The notes: a model not told the origin generated them from the letters alone. Positions 13,032-27,049 are shown, numbered from the stretch's first letter. The stretch: DNA of 64,000 bases from Octopus vulgaris (GCA_951406725.2 OX597838.1:20460001-20524000), one strand, 5' to 3'. A program made the numbers and translations.

Positions 13032-14426
13032 ATCAATATCAAAATCCTCGCAAAGCTAACCCCAAGAAAGAAGCTATCACATAACAGTATATGCACTGGT
13101 TCTTCCAGTTGTATCTTCAAGCATTGTTACTTATCTATCATTTTAACCTTGTTCCTCAAAGTTCACTGGCTTCTATTTTCCTTCACAACTTGTCAGCCAT
13201 GACTAATTTTTCTCCCACCCTCCCGTAGATTATGGCTTTACAATGTTCTTCGAGTCCTACCCTTCAGGGGAGGTTGAGTCCACCTTTATATTAGCTGTCA
13301 CAACTAACGCATGGGATGGAGTGCACACAGCTATTGGTCATAATATTCTCTTTTAGTACCTTTCTTTAAGAGAGATGTCTCAAACATTTTAAAGGGGCCT
13401 TTATTGAAGAATAAAAGAACATTTGACTTATGACAATAAAAACATTAGGTTCTAATATTCCTAATTTCCACTACATAATTCTCTTACAGTACAATGTGAC
13501 CATGGATATAAGTGTTGATAAAGTTTTCGGTATCGTGTTTGAACTAACAAGTGTGATTTCTATTCCTGAGTCACGCAAACAATATACATTTCGTTTCAAG
13601 AAGAATAAGCACAAAACATCACATGTAAAGAGAATAATTAACGGGAGAATAGTTCTGGTACAGGACATTCCATAATGGTGGATCTAATACAAGGTTCGAC
13701 TTCGAAACCCGTATTCCGTATTGAAGATTACAGAATACGACAGAAACCTAAAAAAAGAGTGAAGGACAAAACGCCCGAAACGTTGTAACTATAACAATCA
13801 AGATGAGGAAACTAATCCCAACATATTTGCGTTTATTAATTAACAGGAAATATTTTAAACTAAGAAATAACTATACAACAATAATACAGACTGGTTCATC
13901 ATTTTAAAATGACAGGTGATGGAATAGTATTCAGGTGGGTCAATCTTCAATAGAACTCATTTGTGTGGCCAAGAAAATAAAATATACCTTACGAAACAAA
14001 AGGTAAATGTCTTTCACGTACTTACAAAAATAGGGGAACTTTTTCCAAGTTGTGTTAATTTAAGGTACTACAATAGATTCATCATTTTAAAACGACAGCT
14101 GATGGAATAACAATCAGGTAGGTCAATATTCGACAGGAATCATTTGAGTGGTTAACAGAATAAAATATATATTATATCACAAAAGGTCATTGTTTTTCCC
14201 GTACATATAAAAAATATAGGAACTACTTAGAAGATGTATTAATTTAAGATATTTCAATACAACTCAAAAGATGACAATACTCGTTTAATAGAAATTAGAA
14301 CAGCACTTTGGTGAGATAATATAAAATTGTATTGATTATATATTTCATATCATAACATAAATTACTTTACATTAAAACATTCTTTCTTGTTCTTTGTCTT
14401 ATTGTTCGAACATTGATGAAGAATTA

Positions 14427-14506
14427 CAGCTGTTCTTTCCTCAAAGATGTTTTCCTAATGATACTTACCTATAAATACCACACGACTCATAACTGTAGCA
14501 TCAGTT
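14427..14506 (+). promoter_or_regulatory. Core promoter of copy B
   Basis: CAGCTG 14427-14432, TATAAATA 14470-14477, TCAGTT 14501-14506. Confidence 0.75.
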
Positions 14507-14545
14507 GAGTTTTTCTCCACAAGTAGCTGAACACTTAGTATCACC

Positions 14546-16649
14546 ATGTTGTCTCTCTGCTGTCTTCTTGTTATGGTGGCTTCAGTTTTTGCTGGTATGT
14601 CATGTCTTCCATCTAACAGTGCAACGGTTTCGAACATTTCGAAATTGGTATTGATAGCGACTATCTTATAGATATAAAGTTTTGTACCCGTATCAGTAAA
14701 TCCTACATATGAATTTACTCTCACTCTTTTACTCTCTCTTTTACTTGTTTCAGTCATTTGACTGCGGCCATGCTGGAGCACCGCCTTTAGTCGAGCAAAT
14801 CGACTTCAGGACTTATTCTTTGTAATCCTGGTACTTATTCTCTCGGTCTCTTTTGCCGAAACGCTAGGTCACGTGGACGTAAACACACCAGTTGTCAAGT
14901 GATGTTGGGGGGACAAACACAGACACACAAATATATACACACACATACGTACATACATATATACATACGACGGGCTTCTTTCAGTTTCCGTCTGCCGAAT
15001 CCACTCACAAAGCTTTGGTCGGTCCGAGGCTATAGTAGAAGACACTTGCCCAAGGTGTCACGCCGTGGGACTGAACCCGGAAACATGTGGTTGGTAAGCA
15101 AGCTACTTACCACACAGCCACTCCTGCGCTTATTTAATTCAAATACTTTGAAAAAGTATTTGAAAAGGATATTTTTTACATTTAACTAAAGACGCATACA
15201 AACTTACAGTCTTATATAATACAGCAATAGTTATATCATAGACATTCCCGAATGTCCACAAATATATATTTATTTCCTTTTGTGATTTTCTTTCAGCACC
15301 TAAAACACAGATCGTCGATGGATCTCCAGCACAAAACTGCGAGTTTCCTTCCATTGTCCACCTCAAAATATATAACCAACCCACAGATAACATGATTAGC
15401 TTATGTGGAGGTACTTTGATTGATTCTACACACGTATTGACAGCAGCTCACTGCCTGTAAGTATTTTTATATATAAACAGTACGGATTGACACTTTCATA
15501 TCTTTCTGTTACATCACTTGATGTTTATGAAGAAAGTTTAGTTTCCGTGCTCGTATAATATAAAAGTTGAACAGAATTTGATGTTGGAGTAAATAGCGAC
15601 GTATAAACTGGCTGTAATGCCAGGCTGAAATTTGCTTAGAATTTTGCTTCCAACAATTCTAGAATATATTGACTTTTACCATAAACAAATGAGTCAAATA
15701 AAATAACTTCAGTCTTTGAACATCCTTCTATATGTTGTGTATATTAATTGTTCATTTTAATTTCTGTGTGTTTGATATCATTCAGACCAACAACACCTAT
15801 ACAAATACATTTTAATAATAGACACGGTCCGAATTGCTACATATAAATGGACATTAACGTTTAATAATGACAATGCAATGAAGGAGAGTCGTACTAAAAT
15901 AGTTTGATATCTAAGATAACAGTTTGAAGTATATCACAGTATAAAATTACTATCTGCTAAAGATCCGCCATATTTGATTTGATTTTAGCGAAGGAAATGT
16001 CAGAAAGGTTAAAGTAAATATTGGTTCCAACAACAAATGGAGTCCTGGTTCTCAGTCAACAACTGCAAGTAGAATTCTGAAACATGGTGGATACGTACAT
16101 ACTCCATACCTGATACGTGAGTATTACAATTATCATGTCTTCAGATATTTTCTTATAAATTCTTTCTTTCTCTCAACCATATATCAGTAAATATCGGTGT
16201 TTCATGAACTGCAATCTCGTGTCAATATACGATAACTATTATTTGGTATTTTCAATCCTGTCTGTCTGTAATAAACGCTTAAAAGCCGACATTTTTTCTT
16301 TCTTGTTCATCGCATTTTACATTTTCCTAACATTCAAAATATATTCATTAGACATGAAGTTCTATGTAAGAGAAACATCTACATTACATCTCCATTATAA
16401 TTACTGCTGCTACTACTGCTGCAGCTCCTTATAACGATGACGAGGATGATGATGAGGTCGACGACAATGTTTGTGTCGTCTGTTGATTTTAGAATTTCAT
16501 TTCGAAAGATCTATATTTTGAAAAAAAAAAATTACTTAGATTGTTATACGATGCATTATAAATCTATATCTTTCTGTCATGCATACATTTTCCTAATAAA
16601 TGTGTCTAACGTATTTGAATTCATTACACACACATATATATATATATAT

Positions 16650-16694
<45 letters not shown>

Positions 16695-18416
16695 TATGTA
16701 TGTATCAAGGGTTGAACGGAAAGAATACAAGAAGTTAGACGAAATCAGAGCAAACGGGAAACTAGTCGAAAACTCAACGGTGAGGAAATTAGACAAAGAC
16801 ACGATACATGGAATATTCGCATCTAAGTTTTCCTCTTCAGTCAGTGACGCAAAATATCATGGCCGTTTCGCGCCAAATACCATTGATACTGATCAATTTT
16901 GCAGACGCCAGTGCTTTTTATTAAGCTAGTGGGAAAAAGCTAGCGCATGAGTACTAAGGCAGAAATAAACAAGACATTATATAAATACAACAAAGAACGA
17001 TGATTGTGCAACAGCACGAAGCCTACAGGCTATATATAACGGAAAAAATAATAATCATACATATATCACAAATACAATAGAAAGAGCTTGGCAGATGTCA
17101 AATGACCTTAGTGGGGTTGCGCAAAGAGAAAATGAAGTAAGTCCGAGAGGACACTGCGGGAGCCGAGGCCAATGACTGTCACATATATATTTATATCCGT
17201 ATTGCATATATGTCTATTAGATGTATATGCAACACATATTTCTGTATATATTCACGATTAGTTCATATGCATGTCTAACATATACATATGTTTTTACCCT
17301 TACAGAGAACGACATTGCCATACTGACTTTGAGCGAGCCAGTCCGTGAAGGTAGATGTGTCAAGTTTGCACAATTGGCCAGTAAAGGAGAAACATTTGGT
17401 ACCCGAAGATGTATCGCTGCTGGATGGGGAGATTTCCAATGTAAGCATCACGAAATTTTTATCTGATGTTCCTATCATCTCCATTTAATCATCGTCAATC
17501 GATATTAATCATCATTCAAATGTGTTATTTTCAGTTAAAGGAAACAGTCCTGACGAATTATACAAAGTGGCTCTTCCAGCTATTCCCCATGATGTATGTA
17601 CACAAAGATCAAGGATGCGAATTGCTGATGGAGTTCTCTGTGCCGGAGATTTCAGACAAGGTGGAGCATCTACTTGCCAGGTATGTGATTTTGATATTAT
17701 AGCATACTAGCTTAAAAGTCGCACATTTCAGAAAGCTCCTGTGGAGGACTAATTGGGCCAGTGTCCCAAAACTAAAGAGAGCAATAATAATGAAGCATAT
17801 ATTGGTACCCTAGGCACAGGAGTGGTTGTGTGGTAACTAGCTTGTTTACCAACCACATGGTTCCGGGTTCAGTCCCACTGCGTAGCATCTTGGGCAAGTG
17901 TCTTCTACTATAGCCTCGGGCCGACCAAAGCTTTGTGGGTGGATTTGGTAGACGGAAACTGAAAGAAGCCCGTCGTATATATGTATATGTATGTGTGTGT
18001 ATGTTTGTGTGTCTGTGTTTGTCCCCCTAGCATTGCTTGACAACCGATGCTGGCAATAGAGACCGATAGAATAAGTACTAGGCTAAGTCCCGAGGTCAAT
18101 GTGCTCGACTAAAAGCGGTACTCCAGCATGGCCGCAGTCAAATGACTGAAACAAGTAAAAGAGTATATATGTATATGTTTGTATATATAAAGGTATACAT
18201 GTATATATGCATATATGTATATATTCCAGTGAATATAAAGTTATATTGTTTGTGTTTTTTTTTCAGGGTGACTCTGGTGGTCCACTTTATTGTCCAAGCT
18301 CAAATGGTCAAATGGTTTTGGCAGGAGTAACATCCTTCGGACGTAATTGTGACATAGAAATCAGCGCTTTCAGCGATGTCGGATATTTCCGTGACTGGAT
18401 CGAGAGTAACCTGTAA
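14546..18416 (+). CDS. Chymotrypsin-like serine protease, copy B, 255 aa
   Basis: Exons 14546-14594, 15297-15456, 15989-16116, 17306-17440, 17535-17680, 18267-18416. Same exon sizes as copy A, intact triad, APKTQ/IVDG, C-terminus GRNCDIEISAF...WIESNL as in A. Confidence 0.95.
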
Positions 18417-18775
18417 AAAGTACTTTAATAAAGATGTCTATTTGCAAAGGAATATCACAAGAATATTATTCACAATGTATTAACAAATTAATAAATATAT
18501 AAAATAATTTATCAAATTGTTGTTGTTGTTATAATGCTACTCGAGAATTTTCAATATGTGTGTATATGTTTGTGTGTCTGTGTTTGTCCCTCCGCAACAT
18601 CGCTTGACAACCGATGCTGGTGTGTTTACGACCCCGTAACTTAGCAGTTCGGCAAAAAAGACCGATAGAATAAGTACTAGGCTTACAAAGAATATGTCCT
18701 GGGGGGTCGATTTGCTCGACTAAATGTGGTGCTCCAGCATGGCCACAGTCAAATTACTGAAACAAGAGTAAAAGA

Positions 18776-19038
18776 GGTGTTTAGTCAAATTATCATATAC
18801 TTGCTGCCCCAATATGAAGAGCATCATTAGACGCAAGCAGCACCAAGAGCCTATTCCTAATTGTAACTGCTGAGAGCCAGGAACCTGTATACTCGTCCAA
18901 TGCTGTATGAGTAAATCTGTCGTATATGAGGCAGAAGTTACAGCAATGCTAAATGATAACGCAAGCGAAAAGAGCTACGTCGAGCTGTGTGAAGGCGACT
19001 TCAAAAATAGCTATACCAACCACATTTCTTCCTTCTGA
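18776..19038 (+). mobile_element. Penelope-like fragment, inverted duplicate of ~5450-5710
   Basis: Near-identical reverse complement; ends abruptly at the junction with the exon 5 remnant. Confidence 0.7.
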
Positions 19039-19191
19039 AGGTCAAGGATGCGAATTGCTGAGGGAGTTCTCTGTGCCGGAGATTTCAGACCAGGTGGAGC
19101 ATCTACTTGCCAGGTATGTTATATTGATATTACAATAATATCTGATACATCTGTCAAGACGTTGAGTATACACATTAATATGCATTTATAC

Positions 19192-19269
<78 letters not shown>

Positions 19270-19331
19270 AGATAGCTATATAGACATAAATAGATAAATA
19301 TATAGATAGATATATAGATATAATACATATA

Positions 19332-19997
19332 TACGAGGGGAAGTAAAAGATTATGTGCACTTTATGCCATAATATATCTTTATTATTGTCACATTGCCTT
19401 CTGCACATGCGTGCTCATTGCTGGTACTTTTGTGGTCACGTGAACAAAGTTTGGGCCTGATCGCACCATTTTTCTTTCTGGTTTTACAGTGTTAGCTCGG
19501 CTGCTCCGCTAGCAATGTGCACCAAAGAAGAACAAAGAGCAGTGATCCGAGAGATGGTAATGGTGAACTGGTTCACTATTACTATCTCTGAAGCTTGCTG
19601 AACCTTCTTGTCAGTGGTGGAGCTTGATGGGCGTTCTACTCCCTCTTCATGCTTATCTCTCCACTTTTAAACTTCTCAATCCACTCATGCATACTTCTAT
19701 GTGGTAGTGCACTGTCTCCGTATTATGCTAAAAACCTCCTATGAATTTCAGCACCTGATACACCTTCCGACCAGAGAAATCGGATCACTATTCTTTGTTC
19801 CTCTTTGGTGCACATTGCTTGTAGAGCGGCCATGCTTACGCTGTAAAGCCAGAAAGAAAAATGGCGCGATCAGACTTAAACTTCGATCACGTGACCACAA
19901 TATTACCAATCATAAGTACGCATGCGCAGAAGGCAGTGTGACAATAATAAAGATATATTATCGCGAAAGTGCGGATAATTTTTGACTTCCCCTCGTA
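19332..19997 (-). mobile_element. Non-autonomous mariner with long TIRs
   Basis: TA-CGAGGGGAAGT...ACTTCCCCTCG-TA with ~200-bp inverted ends. Minus strand gives MCTKEEQRIVIRFLWSEGVSGAEIHRRFLA*YGDSAL (transposase HTH). Confidence 0.85.
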
Positions 19998-20083
19998 TAT
20001 ATGTACACACATACACGCACACACATACAGACTGACAGACATATACCAATACATATAAACACGTGCACACACACTCGTATATA

Positions 20084-20146
<63 letters not shown>

Positions 20147-20319
20147 GTATGTATGTATGTATGTATGTATACGTGTTTATGTGTATGTATTAATGTAAGG
20201 GCATCGGACTCACAAAGCCTAAATCTGCTGCACAGAAAATTACTTATCTTTACAAGTAAATTTCCCTATTGGATAATATATTGAGCAAATGATGAATTTT
20301 GTGAAACAAAATTAATCAT

Positions 20320-20920
20320 TCTAGTGACCAGAGTATCGGATATTGTCATACACCGCTGGTCAGAATGTACTTTCAATTCTCTTGGTTTTGCCCGTCTTTT
20401 CCATCTTGGCGTTAATCGTTTAACTAAATCGTCTGCCCATTGTCTTGGGGTGGATCTTCCGAGCGGCCCTTTCCGATCTCTTGGCTACTACTTGGCAACT
20501 GCATAGGTCCAACTATTGTCTGTGAACCCTGCGAATTAGTGCTTTTGGTATTTTGCGATCACGTCGTTCGTTCAGCTCCGTTCTCTAATTACGTCATTTC
20601 GGATAAGCTCTCGGTATGATATTCCCAGCATGGACCTTTTCATAGCCGTCTGTATCACACCTATTCGATGTTCTTCCCTCTTCGTCGTAGCCATGTCTCA
20701 CTTAGTACACGAGCACAGGAATGGCGGTATTATTGAAGAGACTGGCACATGGCATCTTGTCCTACTTTACTTCGAGCACATCTTTTATTGAGGAAAACGC
20801 CTTCCATCATGACTTTATTCTCTTCGAGATTTCAGTCTCCATGTCTCGGTACATATTCATTGTTTGCTTGAAGCAGACGTATTTCTTTACCTCCTCGATT
20901 TCATCACTTCCCACTGCTAT
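20320..20920 (-). mobile_element. Decayed RTE-like LINE fragment
   Basis: Minus-strand remnants (QTAMKRSMLGIS...DDVIRER, RKGPLGRSTPRQW) resemble RTE ORF C-termini. Confidence 0.55.
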
Positions 20921-20960
20921 TCGAACTTATGCTTCGTTTTCAGTATATATATATATACAT

Positions 20961-21043
<83 letters not shown>

Positions 21044-21184
21044 AAATTAAACTTAAATGTTGAAGTGAATCGAACGGCTTTTGTGTGTTTCTTAAATGGC
21101 TTATAAACACCTTCCACGCTGCAATTGTTTTCGTTTCAGCACACGATCTCAGATCAAATTACTTGCTATGCGAGTACATCTCCG

Positions 21185-21225
<41 letters not shown>

Positions 21226-21231
<6 letters not shown>

Positions 21232-21554
21232 GTGACAATTATTCGGTAGACATGATAAAACTCCGAGTTTCAGATGTCGGGGTGGAAATCTACGCCGCCA
21301 TCTCTTCAGTTATCCAGCCATCGGAAAAATGCTATCAAGGTCAATCTGGACATTACAGAGAATATATTCTATGGTATTAAATCTAAGAAATTCCCTCCAA
21401 AGATCAAAGGCTTGGAAGACTTCGAAGCGGACCTACTGAATATAGATAGCATTTTTCCGATACCCGGATAACTGAAGAGATGGCGGCGTGGATTCCACCC
21501 CGACACCTGAAACTCGGAGTTCTGTCATGGCTACCGAATAATTGTCACATATTA
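21226..21554. mobile_element. Penelope-like remnant with inverted ~90-bp terminal repeats
   Basis: 21226-21316 is the reverse complement of 21466-21554. The spacer encodes FYGIKSKKFPPKIKGLEDFEADLL. Arms carry CTGAAGA...GAAAC. Embedded in (TA)n. Confidence 0.55.
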
Positions 21555-21628
21555 CATTTACAGATAAATTCCTCTATTTACATAATATCGAGGTCTCTTT
21601 CGTTCTTTTGTTGTCTTACCATTTCTAT

Positions 21629-21744
<116 letters not shown>

Positions 21745-22212
21745 TGTTTGTGTGTGTTTGAAATGAGAACTCCTTATCGCTACAAGTAAATTTCTTTGTA
21801 AAATATATTGAACAAATGATTCATTTTCTGAAATATTTATTGAGAACTTCTAACTTTAGTCAATATCTAATAATTTCATTAAATATAAAATGATATTGTT
21901 TGTGTTTTTTTTTATTTCAGGGTGACTCTGGTGGTCCACTTTATTGTCCAAGCTCAAATGGTCAAATGGTTTTGGCAGGAGTAACGTCCTTCGGAAATAA
22001 ATGTGATAATGAAGTCAGTGCTTTCAGCGATGTCGGATATTTCCGAGACTGGATCAATAGTAACCTGTAAAAAGTACTTTAATGAAAATTACTATTTTTA
22101 AAGGAGTGTCACTAAAATATTATTCACAATGAATTAACAAATTAATAAATATATAAAATGATTCATCAAATTGTTGTGGTTGTTGTTATTATATTACCCG
22201 AAAATGTTCGAT

Positions 22213-23093
22213 TACGAGGTCTGATCAATAAGTATCTGAACTGTTGCTATGGTAACGAAGTTAAAGCACGCAGAGTGAAGCCACTCGGTGCAGACTGACT
22301 TTGAACTCTGCTGTGCATGGGTACTAAGTTTTAACGTTCTAGCTCGCTTCCACTGTTTACAGCAATGCTCGGAAGGAAGGTGTGTAGTATGTGATCGTCG
22401 CATTGACCATGACAGAGAAAGTTATCGTGGCATTACCTGCTCAGAGGCCTACGCAAAGTTGCAGAAAGTGTATGGAGAGGGGTATATGAATCGCAAAGAA
22501 GTGTACGAGTTGTTTAGACCTTTCTAAAATGGCCGAAAAAATGTCGATTTGGACGAACGATCTGGAAGGCCTGCAACCAACAAAACTGAGAAAAACATCG
22601 CAGATGTGCATGCAGCTGTGAGGAGAAATCGTCTAATCACCATCCGTGAGTTATCAGAGGATGTGCAGATTAGGTTCAGTTCAGTCGATTATCACTGAAG
22701 ATTTGGGTATGAGACGCGTGTCTGCCAAGTTCGTGCTAAAACTGCTTTCAGCTGACCAAAAGGACACTCGGGTTTCAGCTGACAAGATCTTGATTGTGTC
22801 TAGATAATGAATACTTTTTGAAAACTTTGCGTAGACCTCTGAGCAGGTATCGCCAAGCTTTTGGCAAAATTTAATGCAGATCCTCTACTCAACTTTCTCA
22901 TGTCATGGCCAATGCGACGACCATACGCGATGATCTACATCTTCCTTCCAAGAACTGCTGTAAACAGGACGCTAAAATTTAGTGTGCATGCGCAACAGAG
23001 GTCAAGGTAACTCTGTGCCAAGTGGTTTCACTCTTCGTGCATTAACTTTGTTACTATGACTACAGTCCGGATAATTATTGATCAGACCTCGTA
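22213..23093 (+). mobile_element. Internally deleted mariner transposon
   Basis: TIRs CGAGGTCTGATCAATAA / TTATTGATCAGACCTCG with TA duplication. Decayed N-terminal transposase EAYAKLQKVYGE...ERSGRP...RLITIRELSE...LGMRRVSAKFVLKLL. Confidence 0.88.
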
Positions 23094-23218
23094 TATCTTT
23101 GTTTGCAGTTTTGTTTCTGATAATTTATAGAAGAAACGTCTTTCTTACGAGGGGATTCTGAAGAATTTCTAGCATTGGGGAATTCTTTTACAGGGCTTAG
23201 GAAAACTGAAGGACCACT

Positions 23219-23630
23219 GCCATATGGCTCAGAAACCTGGACGTTATCAAAGAAGCTTGAGAGGCGGTTGGATGGAACCTACACTCGCCTCCTTATGAGA
23301 GCTCAAAATCTCTCGTGGAAGCGCCATCCAACCAAAATGCAAATATATGGGAAACTACCACCTGTGTCATCTCTTGTGAAGGGTAAGAGAGTCCAGTTTG
23401 CTGGACATAGTTGTAGAGCTGAAAAAGAGGTAATTTCTACTCTTCTCCTCTGGAAGCCATCTACTCGCAATACCAGAGGGCGCACACTCTCCTACCCTGA
23501 TGTAATCTCCAGGGATACAGGCATCCAGCAACAGGACCTCCGTAATGCCATGATGGACCGTGAAGTCTGGCGTAGCATGGCAAATTCCATTGTCTCGACC
23601 ACGGTCGAACAATGATGAATGATGATGATG
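23219..23630 (+). mobile_element. RTE-like LINE 3' end
   Basis: YGSETWTL...RLDGTYTRLLMRA...FAGH...RGR...DREVWR followed by a (TGA)n tail; inserted in the mariner MITE. Confidence 0.85.
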
Positions 23631-24413
23631 TGTGAATCTGAGAGGGGAATATGTTGAATAAAATGACAATTAACTGATTCTCCTGTATTTTCTTTTACCC
23701 AAAAGCCAGGAACTTTTCAGCACCTCCTCGTATGTATGACTGTGGTGTGTATCTCTTTTCCCATTGTTCCACTATATTTCTAGGAAAGTCTGAGGAATTA
23801 GAGATTATAACTAGATCATAACAGAGATAAATTCAATAATCTCAGTTACTGTTTCACAAACGGTCGATATTTTCGTTGTTCATAGTTCAAAAACCAAACA
23901 GAATGCAGAATACTAAAGTATTACAAAATGACATCTTGAAATCTAATAAATATTTAATAAAGTCTTGACTCCATCGACAGTTGAGAAGGAAGATGGTATC
24001 TTCGTAATGATCAGTGAATTTGAGCTTCATGTACTTGCACGGCCATACTGGGGCACGGGCTTGAAGGGTATTGTTGAGCAAATCGATCCCTAGTACTTAA
24101 TTTTTAAGCCTGATTTTTAAAATTCTGTCTGACTTCTTTGCCGAACCGCTTGTTATGGGGACGTAAATAAACCAACGACTGTTGTCAAGCGATAGTGGGG
24201 GACAAACACATACCCAAAACTCTCACACACGCACATGCGCACGCACACTCACACGTGCGCACGCGCGACAGGTTTCTATGAATTTTCGTCTATCAAACCT
24301 ACACAAAGGGATTGTTTGGCCAGGGGCTATAGAAGAAGACACTTGCCCGAGTCGCTACATAGAGGGACTGAATCCGGAATGTATGTATGTATATATATAT
24401 ATATATATACATA

Positions 24414-24463
<50 letters not shown>

Positions 24464-24772
24464 TCTTTTACTTGTTTCAGTCATTTGACTACAGCCATGC
24501 TGGAGCACCGCCTTTATATATATATATATATATATAAAGTGAGATAGGGGTTGAAAATTCAACCCACCATGGGATAATATATATCCAATAATTGCATATT
24601 ATATTTGAAATTTTTTACTTATATCTCTTTATCTTTTTACTATTAATGTATATCTCTTTTTGTATAATGCCTCTACTCATATGTAATGGTGTATTAAAGT
24701 ATTGATTGGGTATCATCGGATAGTTGATGTTTTATTGATTTAAGTATGTTTCTCCATTCTCTAATTTTGTAG

Positions 24773-24804
<32 letters not shown>

Positions 24805-25266
24805 GTAATATATATATATAGGCGCAGGAGTGGCTGTGTGGTAAGTAGCTTGCTAACCAACCACATGGTTCCGGGTTCAGTCCCACTGCGTGGCACCTTG
24901 GGCAAGTGTCTTCTGCTATAGCCCCGGGCCGACCAATGCCTTGTGAGTGGATTTGGTAGACGGAAACTGAAAGAAGCCTGTCGTATATATGTATATATAT
25001 GTATGTGTGTGTGTGTGTTTGTGTTTGTCCCCCTAGCATTGCTTGACAACCGATGCTGGTGTGCTTATGTCCCCGTTACTTGGCGGTTCGGCAAAAGAGA
25101 CCGATAGAATAAGTACTAAAGGCGGTGCCCCAGCATGGCCACAGTCAAAATGACTGAAACAAGTAAAAGATAAAAGAAAGATAAGAAGAAAAGATATATA
25201 TAATGTAATGTATAATACACAAATACATATATATAATGTATATATGTAATATATACACACACACAT

Positions 25267-25335
<69 letters not shown>

Positions 25336-25379
25336 TATGTATGCATATGTATGCATACACATATGAGACTGATCTGTGT

Positions 25380-26270
25380 ATGCAGTATCTCCAAGTTGAG
25401 TCTCTCCGGTAAAGTCTACGCTAGATTTTTGAAAAAAAAATGTGGTTGGGTAAATCTGAAGCCCAACCTTGCCGAAGAACGGTGTGGCTCCCGTCCTAGA
25501 TGCAGCGCAACCGACCAAATATTCCGCTGCACCGTAGGTCTTCGAGAAATCGTGGGAATATTGAGAAGAGGTGTACGCTTGCTTTCTAGACTTCGAAAAC
25601 GCATATGACCACATGCTGTGAGGGGTTTTGCAGGAGCTTGGACTTAACGGACAACTCCTGCTTTCTCTGAAGTCTCTATAAGAATGATCAGATGTTTGAG
25701 TTCGAGTAAATAGTACTTAGTCGAAATTGGTGGACGTGGGTGTTGGACTTCGTAAGGGGTGCATATTGTTACTCCGCCCTTTCATAATTTTAATTGACAT
25801 GCGTAGCCGTTATGAAAGTCTGACATTTGCAGACGATATGTTGTTTCTTTGTTCATCAGAAGGTTGATCCCCTATCATGCCACAAGCAGAGGTGAGAATT
25901 AGTGCAGCGAAGTTTAATGTATTGGTTCTGATCAAGAAAGTCTTCCCAGTGCATTCTGAATGTAAATGGAAAATGACTGAGACAAATGGAAAACTTCCAA
26001 TATCTCGAGGTCGTATTCATGTTTGATGGGATACACGTGACTGAACTGGACATGAAAATTGTAGGTGTTGGCACAGTCACGCGCCAGGTCCAGCATTGGA
26101 TCGTCAGAAGACGTAAAAGTTGTAAAATTTTCAAACTTATTACCTTCAATTCGATTTTCGTGCCTTATCCTCGCCTATGGTAATGAATATTGGGTAATGA
26201 CCGAAAGAGTACAATCACAAATACACGCATCCGAAATGGGGTTCCCCCGAAACATATCTGTAGTAACGTT
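25380..26270 (+). mobile_element. Decayed LINE reverse transcriptase (RTE-like)
   Basis: EERCGSRPRCSATDQIF, FLDFENAYD, FADD and YGNEYW remnants across frames. Confidence 0.75.
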
Positions 26271-26812
26271 AGTTGTACGTAAAATAAGCAAAAACATCAA
26301 AATAACATCATGCCTAATTTTGGTTCTAAACAAAACTGGACTCTGAGATGGTTAAATGAAATATTCAAAACAAATATAAGTGTAATTTTATCCAAGTAGA
26401 TATTAGATACATACTATTTCGGCACTTCTCCTACCCTACTGACCTTTAATCTCTTCTATGAGAAGTTCTTCACCATCTAGGAAAGAAGTGCATATAGTTC
26501 TTACTTCTAGAAGATTGGTAACTAGATTTAATGTGAGCTGTGGAATAGGAGGAACAAAATGAATGAATTTGAAATCACAGAGGGTGTCTAACGATTCAGT
26601 GGATGTAACCGATTTGGTGGGTATTTATGTGTTGCATAACTTAAATAAATTTTGTATGTAAATATGCAACTGTAACGAACTTTAAATCTAAGCTACGTAA
26701 TTACCAGCGGCACTCTTCGAAGGGGAGATAAGGCTACTTTCACTTTACTGTCCGCTAATATACGGAGCTCAAACAGCAGGATATTTATTATTCAGTATTT
26801 TGGTCTGCTGAA

Positions 26813-27045
26813 GGCGACGAGCTGGCAGAAACGTTTGCACGCCGGGCGAAATGCTTAGAGGTATTTCGTCTGCCGCTACGTTCTGAGTTCAAATTCCGCC
26901 GAGGTCGACTTTGCCTTTCATCCTTTCGGGGTCGATTAAATAAGTACCAGTTACGCACTGGGGTCGATATAATCGACTTAATCCGTTTGTCTGTCCTTGT
27001 TCGTCCCCTCTGTGTTTAGCCCCTTGTGCGTAGTAAAGAAATAGG
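26813..27045 (+). mobile_element. tRNA-derived SINE family 2, representative copy
   Basis: GGCG.CGAGCTGGCAGAA...GAGTTCAAATTCCGCCGAGGTCGAC...AAAGAAATA. Other copies 771-1004 (-) and 43463-43650 (-); heads at ~3265, 40229-40301, 61658-61731. Confidence 0.85.
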
Positions 27046-27049
27046 TATT

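Larger units (their letters stand above)
5453..19038. repeat. Inverted repeat, A/B 3' halves (~5453-7200 vs ~17300-19038)
   Basis: Exons 4-6, the intron-5 SINE with the same internal deletion, the 3' SINE tail and the Penelope fragment all match in reverse complement. Confidence 0.9.

Noticed and set aside
19041-19113. Cryptic acceptor (CTTCCTTCTGAAG) in front of the exon 5 remnant
   Set aside because: The 73-nt exon is out of phase with exons 4 and 5 of B, so no sensible product results.
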